Positions 12,196 to 24,990 of a stretch of 64,000 nucleotides of DNA are shown here, piece after piece; position 1 is the stretch's first letter; the number at the start of each line of letters is the position of its first letter. The notes under the pieces are model-generated. The model was not told where the DNA came from and made no database searches. It saw only the letters and a list, made by a program, of their open reading frames with translations. Made by a program: the position numbers and the translations under genes. Origin of the DNA: Octopus sinensis. Lineage: Eukaryota. The stretch spans positions 37,510,001 through 37,574,000 of the forward strand of contig NC_042999.1 of the NCBI RefSeq assembly GCF_006345805.1, given 5' to 3'.

Positions 12196-12935
12196 TGGTA
12201 TGGTCATGTACTGCGGATGGATGAGGAGAGTTGTGTGAAGAAGTGCCGCTCCCAAACAGTTGAAGGTATCAGGGGGAGAGGCAGACCCAGGAAGACATGG
12301 GATGAGGTAGTCAAGCATGACCTCAGAGCGTTGGGCCTCACAGAGGCAATGGCGAAGAACCGAGATTTCTGGAGATATGCTGTGACTGCAAAGACCCGGG
12401 CTGCTTCCTGCACCAGTTCCGCATAGCCCCTGCCCATTCAAAGTACCTTGGATTCCAGAACATCTCGCTGTGCTTGAGGAGACCTATTGAGTCAAGTACA
12501 TGAACATGAACATCGAAATAAATATCAATGGAAATAGAAGTTGTGATACTTGTGCCGGTGGCACATAAAAAGCATCATCCAAACGTGGCCGATGCCAGCG
12601 CCGCCTCAACTGGCTTCTGTATTGGTGGCACATAAAAAGCACCATCCGAACGTGACCGATGCCAGCGCCGCCATGGCTGGCCTCCGTGCCGGTGGCATGT
12701 TAAAAGCACCAACCAATTGTGGCCGATGCCAGACTCCTCTGGCACCTGTGTCAGTGGCACATAAAAAGCACCCACTACACTCACGGAGTGGATGGCGTTA
12801 GGAAGGGCATCCAGCTGTAGAAACACTGCCAGATCAGACTGGAGCCTGGTGCAGCCCCTGGCTTCCCAGACCCCGGTCGAACCGTCCAACCTGTGCTAGC
12901 ACGGAAAATGGACGTTAAATGATGATGATGATGAT
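12196..12935 (+). mobile_element. 5'-truncated RTE-clade LINE (ORF C-terminus, 3' UTR, (GAT)n tail)
   Basis: Translates WYGHVLRMDEESCVKK...RGRGRPRKTWDEVVKHDLRALGL...DFWRYAV, typical of the RTE ORF end; 3' UTR GGCGTTAGGAAGGGCATCCAGC; ends ATGATGATG. Confidence 0.85.
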
Positions 12936-13074
12936 ATATATATACGACAGGCTACTTTCAGTTTCTGTCTACCAAATCCACTCACTGACTTATTTGACAT
13001 CAGATATTCTAATGCTTTTCTCATTCCAATGTTTCACTCATTCTCCTCACCCTCTCTTTTTCTCTCTCTTCCTT

Positions 13075-13364
13075 CTTGAGCCATGCTTGGCTCATAAGGA
13101 CTGGTTTCCCAGTTTCCTTGGCATATAGGTTCCCCACCTGGATGGGACGCCAGTCCGTCACAGGTGAGCTGCATGATGCAGGAGGAAAGAGTGAGAGGAA
13201 GTTGTGGCAAAAGAGTCAGCAGAAGTTCGCCATTACCTTCTACCCGAGCTGCGTGGAGCTTAGGTGTTTTGCTCATAAACACACACATCGCCCGGTCTGA
13301 GATTCGAACCTGCAATCCCTCGACTGCAAGTCCGCTGCTCTAACCACTAGGCTATGTGCCTCCA
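13075..13364 (-). mobile_element. SINE family B (tail type B3), diverged
   Basis: Homologous to 24991-25304 and 47247-47585. Confidence 0.7.
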
Positions 13365-13644
13365 CACAGCCTGTCTATTTGTGTCAAAATATTTCTCTTT
13401 ATATGTATGAAAGGAGAGGGGAAAATATTTATTTCAACCAGGCTTGATGAATAAACTGTAATCTCTCTCTCTCTCTCTCTCTCTCCCTCACTCTCTTTAT
13501 GCATATATCTCTGCATGTGCACACATACATGATTGCATGTGTAGCTGCTTTTAGCACTAAAATGTATCGCTGCCAAAACAGGGTGAAATCCAAAATCCCC
13601 AGCATCCAAATAGCCACACAAAACTATCTCATTCTCATCCTTTC

Positions 13645-13810
13645 TTTATCATCATCATCATCATCATTATCATCATCGTTTAACGTCCGTTTTCTGCGCT
13701 AGCACGGGTTGGACGGTTCGACCGGGGTCTGGGGAGCCAGGGGCTGCTCCAGGCTCCAGTCTGATCTGGCAGTGTTTCTACAGCTGGATGCCCTTCCTAA
13801 CGCCAACCAT
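13645..13810 (-). mobile_element. Short RTE 3'-tail fragment
   Basis: Reverse complement of 12790-12935 including the (GAT)n tail. Confidence 0.8.
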
Positions 13811-14166
13811 GAAAGACAAAAAAGTGTGAAGACAAAATAGTGTTGAAGTAGATTCCGCTGTTATTTCTAGCAGGTCAAATGACTCCCAAAGAAGATATCT
13901 TCATTATGTTCTGCTCTATCTCATCTATTTCCAATCTATTTCTGGAGACAATAGCTTTGTACATAATTAGTTTTGCTGGATCTAATATTAAGTTTTAATA
14001 TAACTGTTGTTTAATGGTGACAATTAGATTTCATAAACAAGTCAGTTGTTTACAATCTTAGTCAAGTGAAAACCATTGAAGTCTATCATCATTTCATCAA
14101 AGTGCATTTAAAGCAAAAATTTATTTATTCGTTTATTTTTTTATGCATTGCTTAAACAAAACGCTT

Positions 14167-14180
14167 GTTACCATAGCAAC
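14167..14180. promoter_or_regulatory. RFX X-box motif
   Basis: GTTACCATAGCAAC matches the X-box palindrome consensus, in non-repeat sequence. Confidence 0.4.
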
Positions 14181-14281
14181 TGCTTAGTAAAAAGGACAAA
14201 TGCTCAGTGAAGTGCGTAACTGGTCAGAAGTATTTCATACTTGAATGCCTTGCTCCAATATGTCAGTTAAGGTGTGTAAGT

Positions 14282-14282
14282 G

Positions 14283-14377
<95 letters not shown>

Positions 14378-14455
14378 GAGTGTAGAAAATATATTGGAAG
14401 AAACTAAATCTACTGAAAAGAACAATATAAATAAAAAGCATTAAAATTCACTGAC

Positions 14456-14508
<53 letters not shown>

Positions 14509-14650
14509 GTGTGTGTGTGCGTGTGTATATATAGTTATACACAAACACAAATATGCACATATATACATATTTATCTATATGTGTATGTTTATATATTTTA
14601 TATATATATATACAAACATATATATTTATATCTATATGTGTATGTATGTG

Positions 14651-14681
<31 letters not shown>

Positions 14682-14700
14682 TTATATATATATATATAAG
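14282..14700. repeat. (TG)n(AG)n and (TA)/(TG) microsatellites
   Basis: Direct reading. Confidence 0.9.
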
Positions 14701-15059
14701 AAAAAGAAAATGGAGAAATTGACATATAGATATTTTCTTATACATAAATGGTAATATACTCATGTCCGTCAATGTGAAGCTAACATCTTTTAGTATTTCA
14801 CTGATACACTGGATAACACCAGGGAACTTGGATGATGGAATCCCTTTAAGAGGTATTTATAACCTTGAAATAATATATATAGGCATTGTGATACAAAGAT
14901 GAAAGTAGAACTCAAAGCCTAAGTATATATATACATATATATACATCTTTTTATTTATCAGAAGAAGTTACACAATGAATCATGAGCTGAGAGTTTCATG
15001 CATTGGCAATTGTAAGTGCAATGCACATATAACTTCTGCTAGTAGGCATCTGTCTATAT

Positions 15060-15279
15060 CAGTGCTTTTCAAACTTTTTGCTGGAGCGGAACCCCAAGGA
15101 AACATTCCACTGGCTCAAGGAACCCCTGTGCAATAATTTAATTGTCTTATGCACACATATCTGCACAGGAGACTTAAAAATTACAGCCAATTTTAAGCAG
15201 TTTTGTAACTTCCTGCGGAACCCCTGGACTGTACTGGCGGAAACCTAAGGTTCCGCGGAACCCTGGTTGAAAACCACTG
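15060..15279. mobile_element. hAT (Charlie-like) MITE
   Basis: TIR CAGTGCTTTTCAA/TTGAAAACCACTG; perfect TSD GTCTATAT (15052-15059, 15280-15287). Confidence 0.9.
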
Positions 15280-15297
15280 GTCTATATAAATATATAT

Positions 15298-15632
15298 ACT
15301 CTTTTACTTGTTTCAGTCAATTGACTGCGGCCATGCTGGAGCACCGCCTTTAGTCGAGCAGATCGACCCCGGGGCTTATTCTTTGTAAGCCCAGTACTTA
15401 TACTATCAGTCTCTTTTGCTGAACCGCTAAGTGATGGGGACATAAACACAAACACACACACATACATATATATATACATATATACGACAGGCTTCTTTCA
15501 GTTTCCGCCTACCGAATCCACTCACAAGGCTTTGGTCGGCCCGAGGCTATAGTTGAAGACACTTGCCCAAGCTGTCACGCAGTGGGACTTAACCCGGAAC
15601 CATGTGGTTGGTAAGCAAGCTACTTACCACAC
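15298..15632 (-). mobile_element. SINE family A, nearly full length
   Basis: Homology to other A copies. Confidence 0.85.
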
Positions 15633-16739
15633 ATATAAATGAAGTTGAATAAAAAAATATCACAACTGTTGTTATGGTAATAGCGCTTAAGTACTGCTGT
15701 ATCCTCTGCCTCCAATGTTGTGTTACCGCCACGATATTGTGAAGGATGGTTTAGATACATTGTAATAGTTTAGAAACAATAAACAAGATAACGATGCAGC
15801 TATAATAACAATGTAATGATCCAACAATCTCTTCATGAGCCAACAATCAATATGCAAATGAACTAACCAACTGAAATCTTCCAAATTCACTGTAAACTCA
15901 ACTCCAATACAGAAACATCACTGTGACTGCTACTACTTATAATCACTTAGTCCAGTCTATTTCTCACAAGTAGGTACAGTGACTCTCATCACAACATCTC
16001 CCTTTTTGAGATTTGGATTTCTGTAAGGAGTGAAATTTATTTTCTGGTCTCTTTTTCAAGCACCTCTTACTATCTTTTTTTTTTCTTTGCAATATAATAT
16101 CTTTTTTGTTTTGGCATTATTTCTATGTATACAGTCTGTTTTGTTTTACTATTGCTTCTTCTATGAGGCTCAATCTCTTTCAGTGCTGGTACCTCAAACA
16201 TGTCATAGGAGACTTCCACTGGTACTTCCTTTCATTTTTCAGTATATCTTGTCTTTAATTGGTTTAGATGTCTCTTATGTTCCCAACGCTGTCCTTTGAT
16301 TACATACATCATATTTCCTAATTTTTCAGTTACAAAACAATCCTCCTAGCCTTCTTTAGTATTTTTGTAAATTTTAAAATGAACTTTTAAATGAAATTTT
16401 AAAATCACCTTCAAAATGTTTTGTTACCTTTACTGTATTTCCTTTAAATATATTTTTTTCCGACAATAATTTTTCGAAGATTTATTCTATTTTTCATGTG
16501 AACATTAGCTCTGCCAGAGACTTTCCTGAACTGGTATTTTGACTGGGTGTTAATTTATATACCCTCAAGAATTTTGTTAGCACTTTGTCATTTTCTATGC
16601 CATTCCTTGCTTTTTTAATGCTCACTTTAAATGAATCTTTCTAGCTGCCTGTTTGACTTCGGGTGGTATGGTGGGGTAAAAATATGCCTTATCGCATGTA
16701 TTTTGCAGAAATTTTTGACTTCACAATCCATAAATTGTG

Positions 16740-17150
16740 TTCCATTACCTGATACTAACATGTCTAGAACACTGTATCGGGCAAATAATTCATACAGGAA
16801 CTTTATTTTTTGTCTCTGCAGTTGGTTTATTGCATCTGCCTACCTCTGACCACTTTGTACTGCTATCAACAACAATCAGATAGTATGCACTGTTCACTGG
16901 TCCAGTGTAGTCAATATATACCCTGGACGATGGACTATCTGTTTCAAGCCACAATTGGAATTTCACTGGTGGTACTTTGGCTGCTAGTGCACAACTTCTA
17001 CATGAATTTACACAACTTTCAATGTTCCAGTCCATTGCCAGCCAATATACAGAGCTCCTCATTAATGCTTTCATTCTTGACATTCTTGTAATGTAATTAT
17101 CCTTTGTGGATTTCATTTTTATACCATGTGCTGTCACTGGCAGTTCATGA
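16740..17150 (-). pseudogene. Gypsy integrase remnant (zinc-binding domain and start of catalytic core)
   Basis: RMKALMRSSVYWLAMDWNIESCVNSCRSC...SRVYIDYTGPVNSAYYLIVVDSSTKWSEV. Confidence 0.85.
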
Positions 17151-17229
17151 ATAACATTACACAATGTTTTTAATAAATTTTTTCTCCAATTCAATTGCCG
17201 AGTTCTTTTCACTGGTGGGGCAACCATTT

Positions 17230-18310
17230 AATTTTTTTACAGTACCAGCTTATTGGGAGATCCCATAAGTCAAATAACTCCAATCAGTTGGTTGGTACCA
17301 AACAGATTAGTTGCATTCTTTATGACGAAAACTTTCACCTTGCAAGTTTTTCCTCGAAATGTGACATCATTCCACATTTTGCCTACAAAGTGTAGTCTGT
17401 CACCCATCGCACCACATGCAGTTTTTGCCGTTTTTCTTAACATAGGCTTCCCTATTTTCTTTCACGTGTCAGTGTTAATGATTGAAATATCACTACCAGT
17501 ATCCAGTTGTAATTTAATATTCACTCCATTTACTTTTACATGCACAAATTTCCATATTTGGGGGTTGATTTTACTTTCTGCTGTGAGCACTTCAGAATTT
17601 TTTTACATTTGACCTTTGTACTTTTATTTTGCAGTGTGAACTCTTGTGTCCAAATTTTTGACAACTGTAACATTTTTGGTTTTTAAAAAGACAATCTTTT
17701 CTGAAATGTAGGCTTCTTCATCTGTAACATGGATTAGGACCTAGCAATCTTCTTTGGTTATACTTTCTCTGTCGACATATCTGTATTTTTGCGAAATCCT
17801 TTTCTTGAAGTTTTCTTAGGTTGTATTTCAGGTTCACCATCCTTTGACACTCTTCTGTAACAGTCTTCAAGGTTAAGTCTTGGTTCGCTTGTTCAAGTTT
17901 TGAAAGAATTCTTTTCTTGATTTCTGTATCTTCATTTGCTGCAAGGCCTTGTACAAAAATGAGGCACTTAAACATCTCAGGAGAAAGTCCTTTAATTTTA
18001 AAACTTCCACACATTCTGTTGACTGTTCCTGCATACATAATAAAGTCATCATCCTCCTTTTTAGCTAAATTCCAATACGCCATTTGAGTGTTAAATCGAG
18101 AGGTTTAATCACTGGAACATGTTAATAATTTGGTCGTTTCCTGAAAACAAATTTCACTAGTCTTTTTAGGCACTATGAAATTACAGTATCATTCATGCTC
18201 AGACAGAGCTAATTTATGTAATAATAACCTTACTTTTTCTTTGTCTGCCCATGTTTTGCAATCTTCCTTAAAAATATCCTCACACCTTCTGTAGGGTTTG
18301 CCACTGCTAA
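17230..18310 (-). pseudogene. Gypsy gag and aspartic protease remnant
   Basis: KVRLLLHKL..EHE; DDFIMYAGTVNR...FKCLIFVQGL (gag); VNIKLQLDTGSDISII with LDTG at 17506-17495; stops and frameshifts present. Confidence 0.85.
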
Positions 18311-19150
18311 AAGCCAAGAATTTCTTATTATTGAAAGACTGACCAGCTGCAAAGATATCAACAAATTTTTTCTTCTTTCTCTCCTTCTTCCTTTCCTTCT
18401 CTCTAACACTCCTTTCAGATACAAGTACACACATACACATTCTCTCTCTCTCTCACAAGACAATGATAAAAAGGAAATCCAGACAATTTTTTGAAAAGTG
18501 ACATTTTGTTCCCCTTGGAGTGACCAGCTGGATTTGCCATTGTTAAAAGCCAAAAATTACTTATTATTGAAAGATGGACCAGCTATCAACAAATTATTTC
18601 TTCTTTCTCTCCTTCTTCCTTTCCTTCTCTTTTCCTTAACACTCCTTTCAGATACAAAAAAAAACATACACACACACATACGCACTCTCTCACTTTCTCC
18701 CCATTTCTCACCCTCTTGTACGATCTTATATCTCTCCCCACCCCTACACAATAATACTATAAAAAGATACAAAATTCCTGCAAAAGTTCAATTTGAAAAC
18801 TCTACTAGAGTGGATGAAAGCGCCAATGTATGATATAAGATTTATATAAACATGTAACATACAAATAAATATCTGTAAATATAAAACCATCAAGATTTCT
18901 GAGTACCTCATTTCTTCTAATATATAATACCTATACATCATCTCCAAACCTTCTAATATATATATATATATATATACATGCATATATATAGGGAGAATTC
19001 ACAAAATAACAAAAGACGAAGACAGGTGGTGTAGACAACAAACGCTCGGGAAGTGAAAAAGCTTTTAACATTTCGAGCCTACGCTCTTCCACTGAAAGGA
19101 ACACAGAAAGAAACAAGGAGAGAAAATAAAGAATGTATAGTGGCTATATA

Positions 19151-19184
<34 letters not shown>

Positions 19185-19589
19185 AGTGTGCAAATGGGTT
19201 GAAGTGTGAAATATGCACGCTGCCTTTTTTGCTTTTTGTGTTTTCCCAAAAATTTCTTTGTTTCCATCTTTTCAACAAAAGAGATTATGATTTTGTACCC
19301 CTCCCACCAGCCCCCTTAAAATTTCAAATTTGCAATTCCACACTTGAAAATATGAAGATGAAAATTTGAAACAAAATGTTTTTAGAAAATTTCTACCTGC
19401 CCCATTTCTCAGCTTTCGATATATGAACCACCTGCCCAATATGAACCTGCCAGATGTTTTAAAACTTGTTTGTTCATTTGCACATGCATAAATGACTACT
19501 GAAAAGCAAGCAGCAGACAACCTAAAAGTCACTCAATGTGGTTGCTGAGCATGTTAGAAATAACAGCCTAATTTCTGGAACCATAAACA

Positions 19590-19990
19590 TCTAATCTTTA
19601 TATATAAAAGTCAAGTTGTGTGTCTGTCTCCTACGATTTAGATTCCTAACTACTCCCGCATTTTGCGGTTCAGTTTAACCAAAACCGGGTATCTTATAGT
19701 TGTGATTCATATCGAGCCCTTCTGGGTATTAGCACGCGTCTACGATGAGTCTACGATTTTAAAAATATTTTACCATCATTTTTTTTCATTTTAATGCATT
19801 TTTTCGCTATTATATAAGGGAAGTAACTCTCTAAAAATGTCTACGATGAGTCAACGATTTTTAAAAAAATTACCATGATTTTTTTTCCATTTTTAATGCA
19901 TTTTTTGCTATTTTTTGGCTATAACTCTCTAAAAATGCTTATATAGTTATTTCCCTTACAAACCCAAGCAATGCCGGGTGATACTGCTAG
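19590..19990 (+). mobile_element. Non-autonomous Helitron, family F
   Basis: A|TCTAATCTTTATATATAAAAG ... CCCAAGCAATGCCGGG ... CTAG|T; second copy at 60441-60833 (-). Confidence 0.85.
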
Positions 19991-20254
19991 TGTTATATAA
20001 AATGAAAGCAATGATTGGACAATTTGCTGCATTCCTTATAACTGTCAGGTGGTTGAGATCTTTTCTGATTGACAAATAGAGCCTGGTTTTATTGAAAATT
20101 TCTTCACAAATAAAGTTTTGCAAGCCAGTTATGAAAATTACAGATGTTTTTTTGGAAGAATTAGCAATAGAAAAGTTACAAACTTTTAAAGATGGAAATT
20201 TATATAATTTTAGCCAATCATGTTTATCCATTCTCATTATCCCATTCTGTAGAT

Positions 20255-20455
20255 CAGTGCTTTTCAAACTTTTTGCTCGAGCGGAACCCCAAGGAAACAT
20301 TCCACTGGCTCGAGGAACCCCTGTGCAATAATTTAATAGTCTTATGCACACATATCTGCACAGGAGACTTAAAAATTACTGTCGATTCTAGCAGTTTTGT
20401 AACTTCTTGCGGAACCCCTGGACTGTACTAGTGGAACCCTGGTTGAAAACCACTG
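20255..20455. mobile_element. hAT (Charlie-like) MITE
   Basis: Same TIRs as the 15060 copy; TSD CTGTAGAT/CAGTAGAT (7/8). Confidence 0.85.
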
Positions 20456-20824
20456 CAGTAGATGATGGGAATTTTTGTTCCCATAAAAACCAAGTGGAAC
20501 TATTATTATTTTTTTAGCAATGAACATGATCAGTCACCTGGTCTACATGCTTCTAAAAGTGTGGATTAAGCTAAGACACTCAAAGTGCTGAGTAGTGGGT
20601 GTTAAACAGGGTGATAAATTAAGTCTGCTATTCAATAGGCCTAGCAGGATTTGAACTCAGAATGCAAAGAACCGGAACGAATATTGCAAGGTATCTTGTC
20701 TAATGTTCTTATAGTTCAGCCAATCCACTATATTGGACTGTTATTGTTTTATTGACCCAAAAAGGATGGAAGACAAAGTTGATCTCAGTGGGATTTGAAC
20801 TCAGAGTACAGACGATAGGAACAA

Positions 20825-21572
20825 TTAGGGGTTGGGTTTAGAGTTATGCTTAAGAGTGTTAAGATTTAGATTTACAGTGTAGGGTTAATATTTAAGATTA
20901 GAGATTTGGGTTTGAGTTAAAGTCTAAGGTTACATCTAAGGTTAGAATTTGGGGTTAGGGTTGTGGTTTAGGGCTAGGGGTTAGTGTTTAAGGTTAATGT
21001 TTTGGGTTTAAGGTTCAGAGTCAGGATTTAGGATTACAAATTAAGGTTAGGATTTAGGATTAAGGTTTACAACTTAGGGTTAATGTTTAAAGTTAGGATT
21101 CTGGGTTTGAGTTTAGGGTTACAAATTAAGGTTAGGATTTAGGGTCAGGGTTAGAATTTAGGGTCAGGGTTAGAATTTAGGATTAGGGTTTTGGGTTTGA
21201 GTTTAGGGTTCAGAGTTAGGTTAAAGAATACAATCAAGGTTAGGATTTTAGGTTAAAGATTGAGTTTAAGGTTAGTGTTTAGGGTTAGCAGTTTTGGTTT
21301 GAGTTTTAGGTTTGAGTTCAGGTTTCAGAGTTGGAGTTAATGATTACAATTATGGTTAGGACTTAGGGTCAGAGTTAGAATTTAGGATTAGTGTTTTGGG
21401 TTTGAGTTTAGGGTTCAGAGTTAGGGCTTAAGATTACAATTAAGGTTAGAACTTAGGGTTATGGTTAGAATTTAGAGTTTGTATTAGGGGTTAGGGTTTA
21501 CAGTTTAGGGTTAATGTTTAGGGTCTTGAGTTTAAGTTTAGGATTCAGAGTTAGGGTTAGGATTTGGGGTTA
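20825..21572 (+). repeat. Degenerate telomere-like (TTAGGG-derived) tandem repeat
   Basis: Dense TTAGGG, TTAGGA and TCAGGG variants with a recurring higher-order block. Confidence 0.7.
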
Positions 21573-23149
21573 GCAAAATATCAGCACACATGCACATCCA
21601 CTTGTGCATGTGTGTGCATGTTGATATTTCATTTGTCACTATGAAAGTGAAGCAGTGTTGAAGTTGACATTCTTGTTGACATTATGATCAGTTGCTCTGC
21701 ATTTTTGAAGACCTATGGAAATAGGTGAGGATTGGGAACAGGAAGAGCATCTGGCCATAAAGCCCTACCTCAAATAACACCCTGTCTAACCCTTGCTAGC
21801 ATGGAAAAATGGGTATTAAACAATGAATAGAGATCCAAAGGGATAATACAGAGATTCAGTATTTTTCTTACAATGAGATTGACAAAGAAATGTTCAATGC
21901 TTTTTCTCATTACAGATGATTCAGAGTAATTTGAAGGAAATTTTGTTGCTATTTCTAGCAGATCTGGTGACTTCAAAGAGGCTCCCTGCCTCACCACTTG
22001 CTGTTATTGCAGTAGTTTTTGTTATAATGTTATGGAAAGAGGAATCAGGCAAACATAGCTGTTGCTATACACACTGTGTGCATTATTGCATTGATGTGGA
22101 GATGGGGGAAAAAGCAGGCAAATGCAGCAGCTGCTAGTACTGTTGTAGTTAAATGCTGTGCATTGTAGTAAAGGGATGCAGAGGCAGAAATTGCTGTGTT
22201 TTTTTGTTTGTTTTTAAGCAGCGTGCATCAGCGATGTAACAGGAAACAGATAGAAACGTTCTGCAGTGACAGGAATCTATCAACCTAATTTTATTGTGAA
22301 TGAAAACCAACACTGTTGCTGCACCTCTTGTTGTTTAGCCACATAGGTCAGCCCTGATTAAAAGAAGATCCATTGGTTAAAAACGTTCCTGCTGTGTGCC
22401 CTTTGAAAATTCTGCTTTTAGATATGATTGATGTATTTAGGGTATGATATGATGGAACGAGATGCGGCTGCTGTTTCTAGTGGGTCAAATGGCCATGTTT
22501 GAGGTTTGCCCTTCCAGTTGGAAGGTGATGTACTCAGCTGAGTAAAGAAGAGGAGAGGGAGAGGGGGCATATACAATAAAGAAAAGGATAGAAAGATAAA
22601 CATGAGAGAGTAGCTATAGGCAGTAACAAGAAGGAACATGTATATAAATATATATGTGTGTGTGTGTATATATATATATATAGGCAGAGAGAGTAAGGAG
22701 TGAAGTGGAGGAGTATAGTTAAAGGATGTTGGAAGAATAAGGAGAGCAAGGACTATTAATGGAGGATTCTCAATGAGATAGAGAGAAAGAGGGAGGAGAG
22801 ATATAAACAGTTTGGGAAAGAGAGACGAAGTGAGAGAGAAATACAGAGATGAAAAGAAAAAGAAAGACAGAAGAGAGAGAAAGAGGGAGACAGTAAGAAT
22901 TACTGAAAGAGAGAGAGAGAAAAAGAGAGAGAGAGAGAGAGAATAAGACACACATACAGAGGAAGAGAGAGAGGAGTGGAAGAAAATGTGAAGTCATCCT
23001 TGTATTAAAACAAATTGTTTAGCCCCAGGTCAGCCCTAAAGGAGCAGATTTATGATCGAAAGTATTCCTGCCATGACCAACGCACATTTAATTAATAGTT
23101 TGATTATGTTATCAGCCAATGTCCTTCTTTGTTTTTAAGTCAGTGGTAG

Positions 23150-23800
23150 GAAATTTGATGGGGATTTGGCTGCTATTACTACATATAAGTTGCGCAACAA
23201 CATAAAGGCTGTGTTGTAGTGTTGGTGGTAGTTGTGGTGGTTGTCATGTTGATGATGGAGTATTGGTAGTGGCAGCATGGTGATGTAGTGGATGCTTTGA
23301 TATTGGTGGGTACTGACTGCAGTATTGGTAGTGTGATAGCTGTAATGGTGAAGGTTGTAGTCATGGGTATAGTGTTGGTGTGGTAATGATGATGGTGGTG
23401 GTTGTAGTGCTGCTGCTGCTGCTGATGGTAGTGGTGGCAACAATGTTGTTGACACTGTTGATGTTGGTGGTATTATGATTATAGTACTGGCACAGCAGTG
23501 GTGGTGTACTAGGTATAGTGATGGTAGTGTAGTGGCTGCAGTATTGGTGGTGTAATAGCTGTAGAGTTGGTGTCATAGTAATAGTTGTAGTATTGGTGGT
23601 CTAACAGTGACTGTAGTGTCAGCATAGTGAGACTGTAGTAGTAAATATAGTCATGGCTGTAGTGTTGGTGTGGTAGTAGGCTGATGTTGATGGGGTGATG
23701 GTAGTGGATGAAGTGTTGATGACATAGTACTAATTATAATGGTGATGTGGTGACTAATGTTGTGGTAGTAGTTGTGAGTATACCGATGTTGCTGCTGCTG
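23150..23800. repeat. Degenerate trinucleotide (GGT/GAT/GTA) low-complexity tract
   Basis: Direct reading; source of the T/H/Y-rich spurious ORFs. Confidence 0.8.
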
Positions 23801-23803
23801 TGT

Positions 23804-24375
23804 GGGTATGGCTGCATGGTAAGAAGTTTGCTTCTGAACCACATGGTTCTAGGTTCAATCCCACGATGTAGCACCTTGGGCTAGTGTCTTGAGCTAGTGT
23901 CGGTTTGATAGATGGAAACTGTTTGACTAAAACCCTTCAAGGTGGTGCCCCAGCATGACTGCAGTTAAAAAATTAGAGAGAATTTCACAAGAGCTGCAGT
24001 AGTAACAACAACAGCAACAAAATCGAAAAATACCTTAGGAATGAGAACCCAGGTTCAAATTTCCCCCAGACACCTGATGAAGGCTGGAGGATATATCAGC
24101 TGAAACGTTGTGTTAACAACAAACAAGATGAGGACAAATATCCGTCAAAAGTAAATAATGTAAATAATGTATATAATTCCTCATCTCTTAAATCTAGAAA
24201 TATATCTGTATGTTTGTGTGTCTGTGTTTGTCCCCCCACTCTCGCATGACAACTGATATTGGTACGTTTATGTCCCTGTAACCTAGCAGTTTGGCAAAAG
24301 AGACTGATAGAATAAATAATAGGCTTACAAAGAATAAGTCCTAGAGTTGATTTGTACAACTAAAGGCAGTGCTAA
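23804..24375 (+). mobile_element. Fragmented SINE A (5' piece about 23804-23970, 3' half about 24205-24375) flanking a Penelope-like fragment
   Basis: Homology to the A head, tail and 3' half. Confidence 0.65.
24022..24195 (+). mobile_element. Penelope-like pLTR fragment with minimal hammerhead motif
   Basis: CTGATGA-A-GGCTG...CAGCT-GAAACGTT-GTGTT; near-identical to 42914-43055. Confidence 0.6.
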
Positions 24376-24596
24376 GAAAAAAAATCTAGCTGAACTGAAC
24401 AGAAACAAGCCAGGATTGAGAAAACCTTTTAGTCTTGCTGAGAGCATGAAAAATGAACCAATACATGCTGTAAAGGGATCGTTGTTAGGCATCCAGCTGC
24501 AAAAACATTACCAGAACTGAGATATCTGAATAAGTGATACTCTGATCCATCAGACCTTGTTGAACTGTCCAACCTATAGCACATGTAAAACAGGAG

Positions 24597-24965
24597 CACT
24601 CAGAGAGCGCAAATATCCACCAAGGTAACACCAACATCCTCTCAACAATTAGCCAGAGATGATTTTTAAAATGAGAATATCTGAAATAAACTCGACTGCT
24701 CTCATAAATGAGAATACTGAAAATAAACACAACTGTTCTCAAAAATTAAGTAAAAAAAAAAAAACAGGAAAAATAATCCAGAATCCTTGTCCGGTACCAG
24801 ATCAATCTGAAAATCTAATCAGTTTGTGCCAGTCACAAGGCCAAACATCCCTGAAAGTTTCATCCAAATCCATCCAGTAGTTCTTGAGATATCTTGTCCA
24901 TGGACAAACAAACAAACAAACACGACTGAAAACAATACCTCCGCCTTCGCTAAGGTGGAGGTAAT
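24597..24965 (+). mobile_element. Non-autonomous element with (AAAC)n and 3' stem-loop, Helentron/HINE-like
   Basis: CCTCCGCCTT-CGCT-AAGGTGGAGG hairpin at about 24938-24961, preceded by a CAAA microsatellite; classification is inference. Confidence 0.45.
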
Positions 24966-24990
24966 AATGATGATTATCTAAACATACATG

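Larger units (their letters stand above)
15761..18960 (-). mobile_element. Degenerate Ty3/Gypsy LTR retrotransposon lacking RT/RNase H
   Basis: Minus strand: PBS-like TGGCGCT (18825-18819) after an ACA LTR end; gag, protease and integrase remnants; PPT AAAAAGGGAGA then TGTTGT at 15996. Outer boundaries are approximate. Confidence 0.8.
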
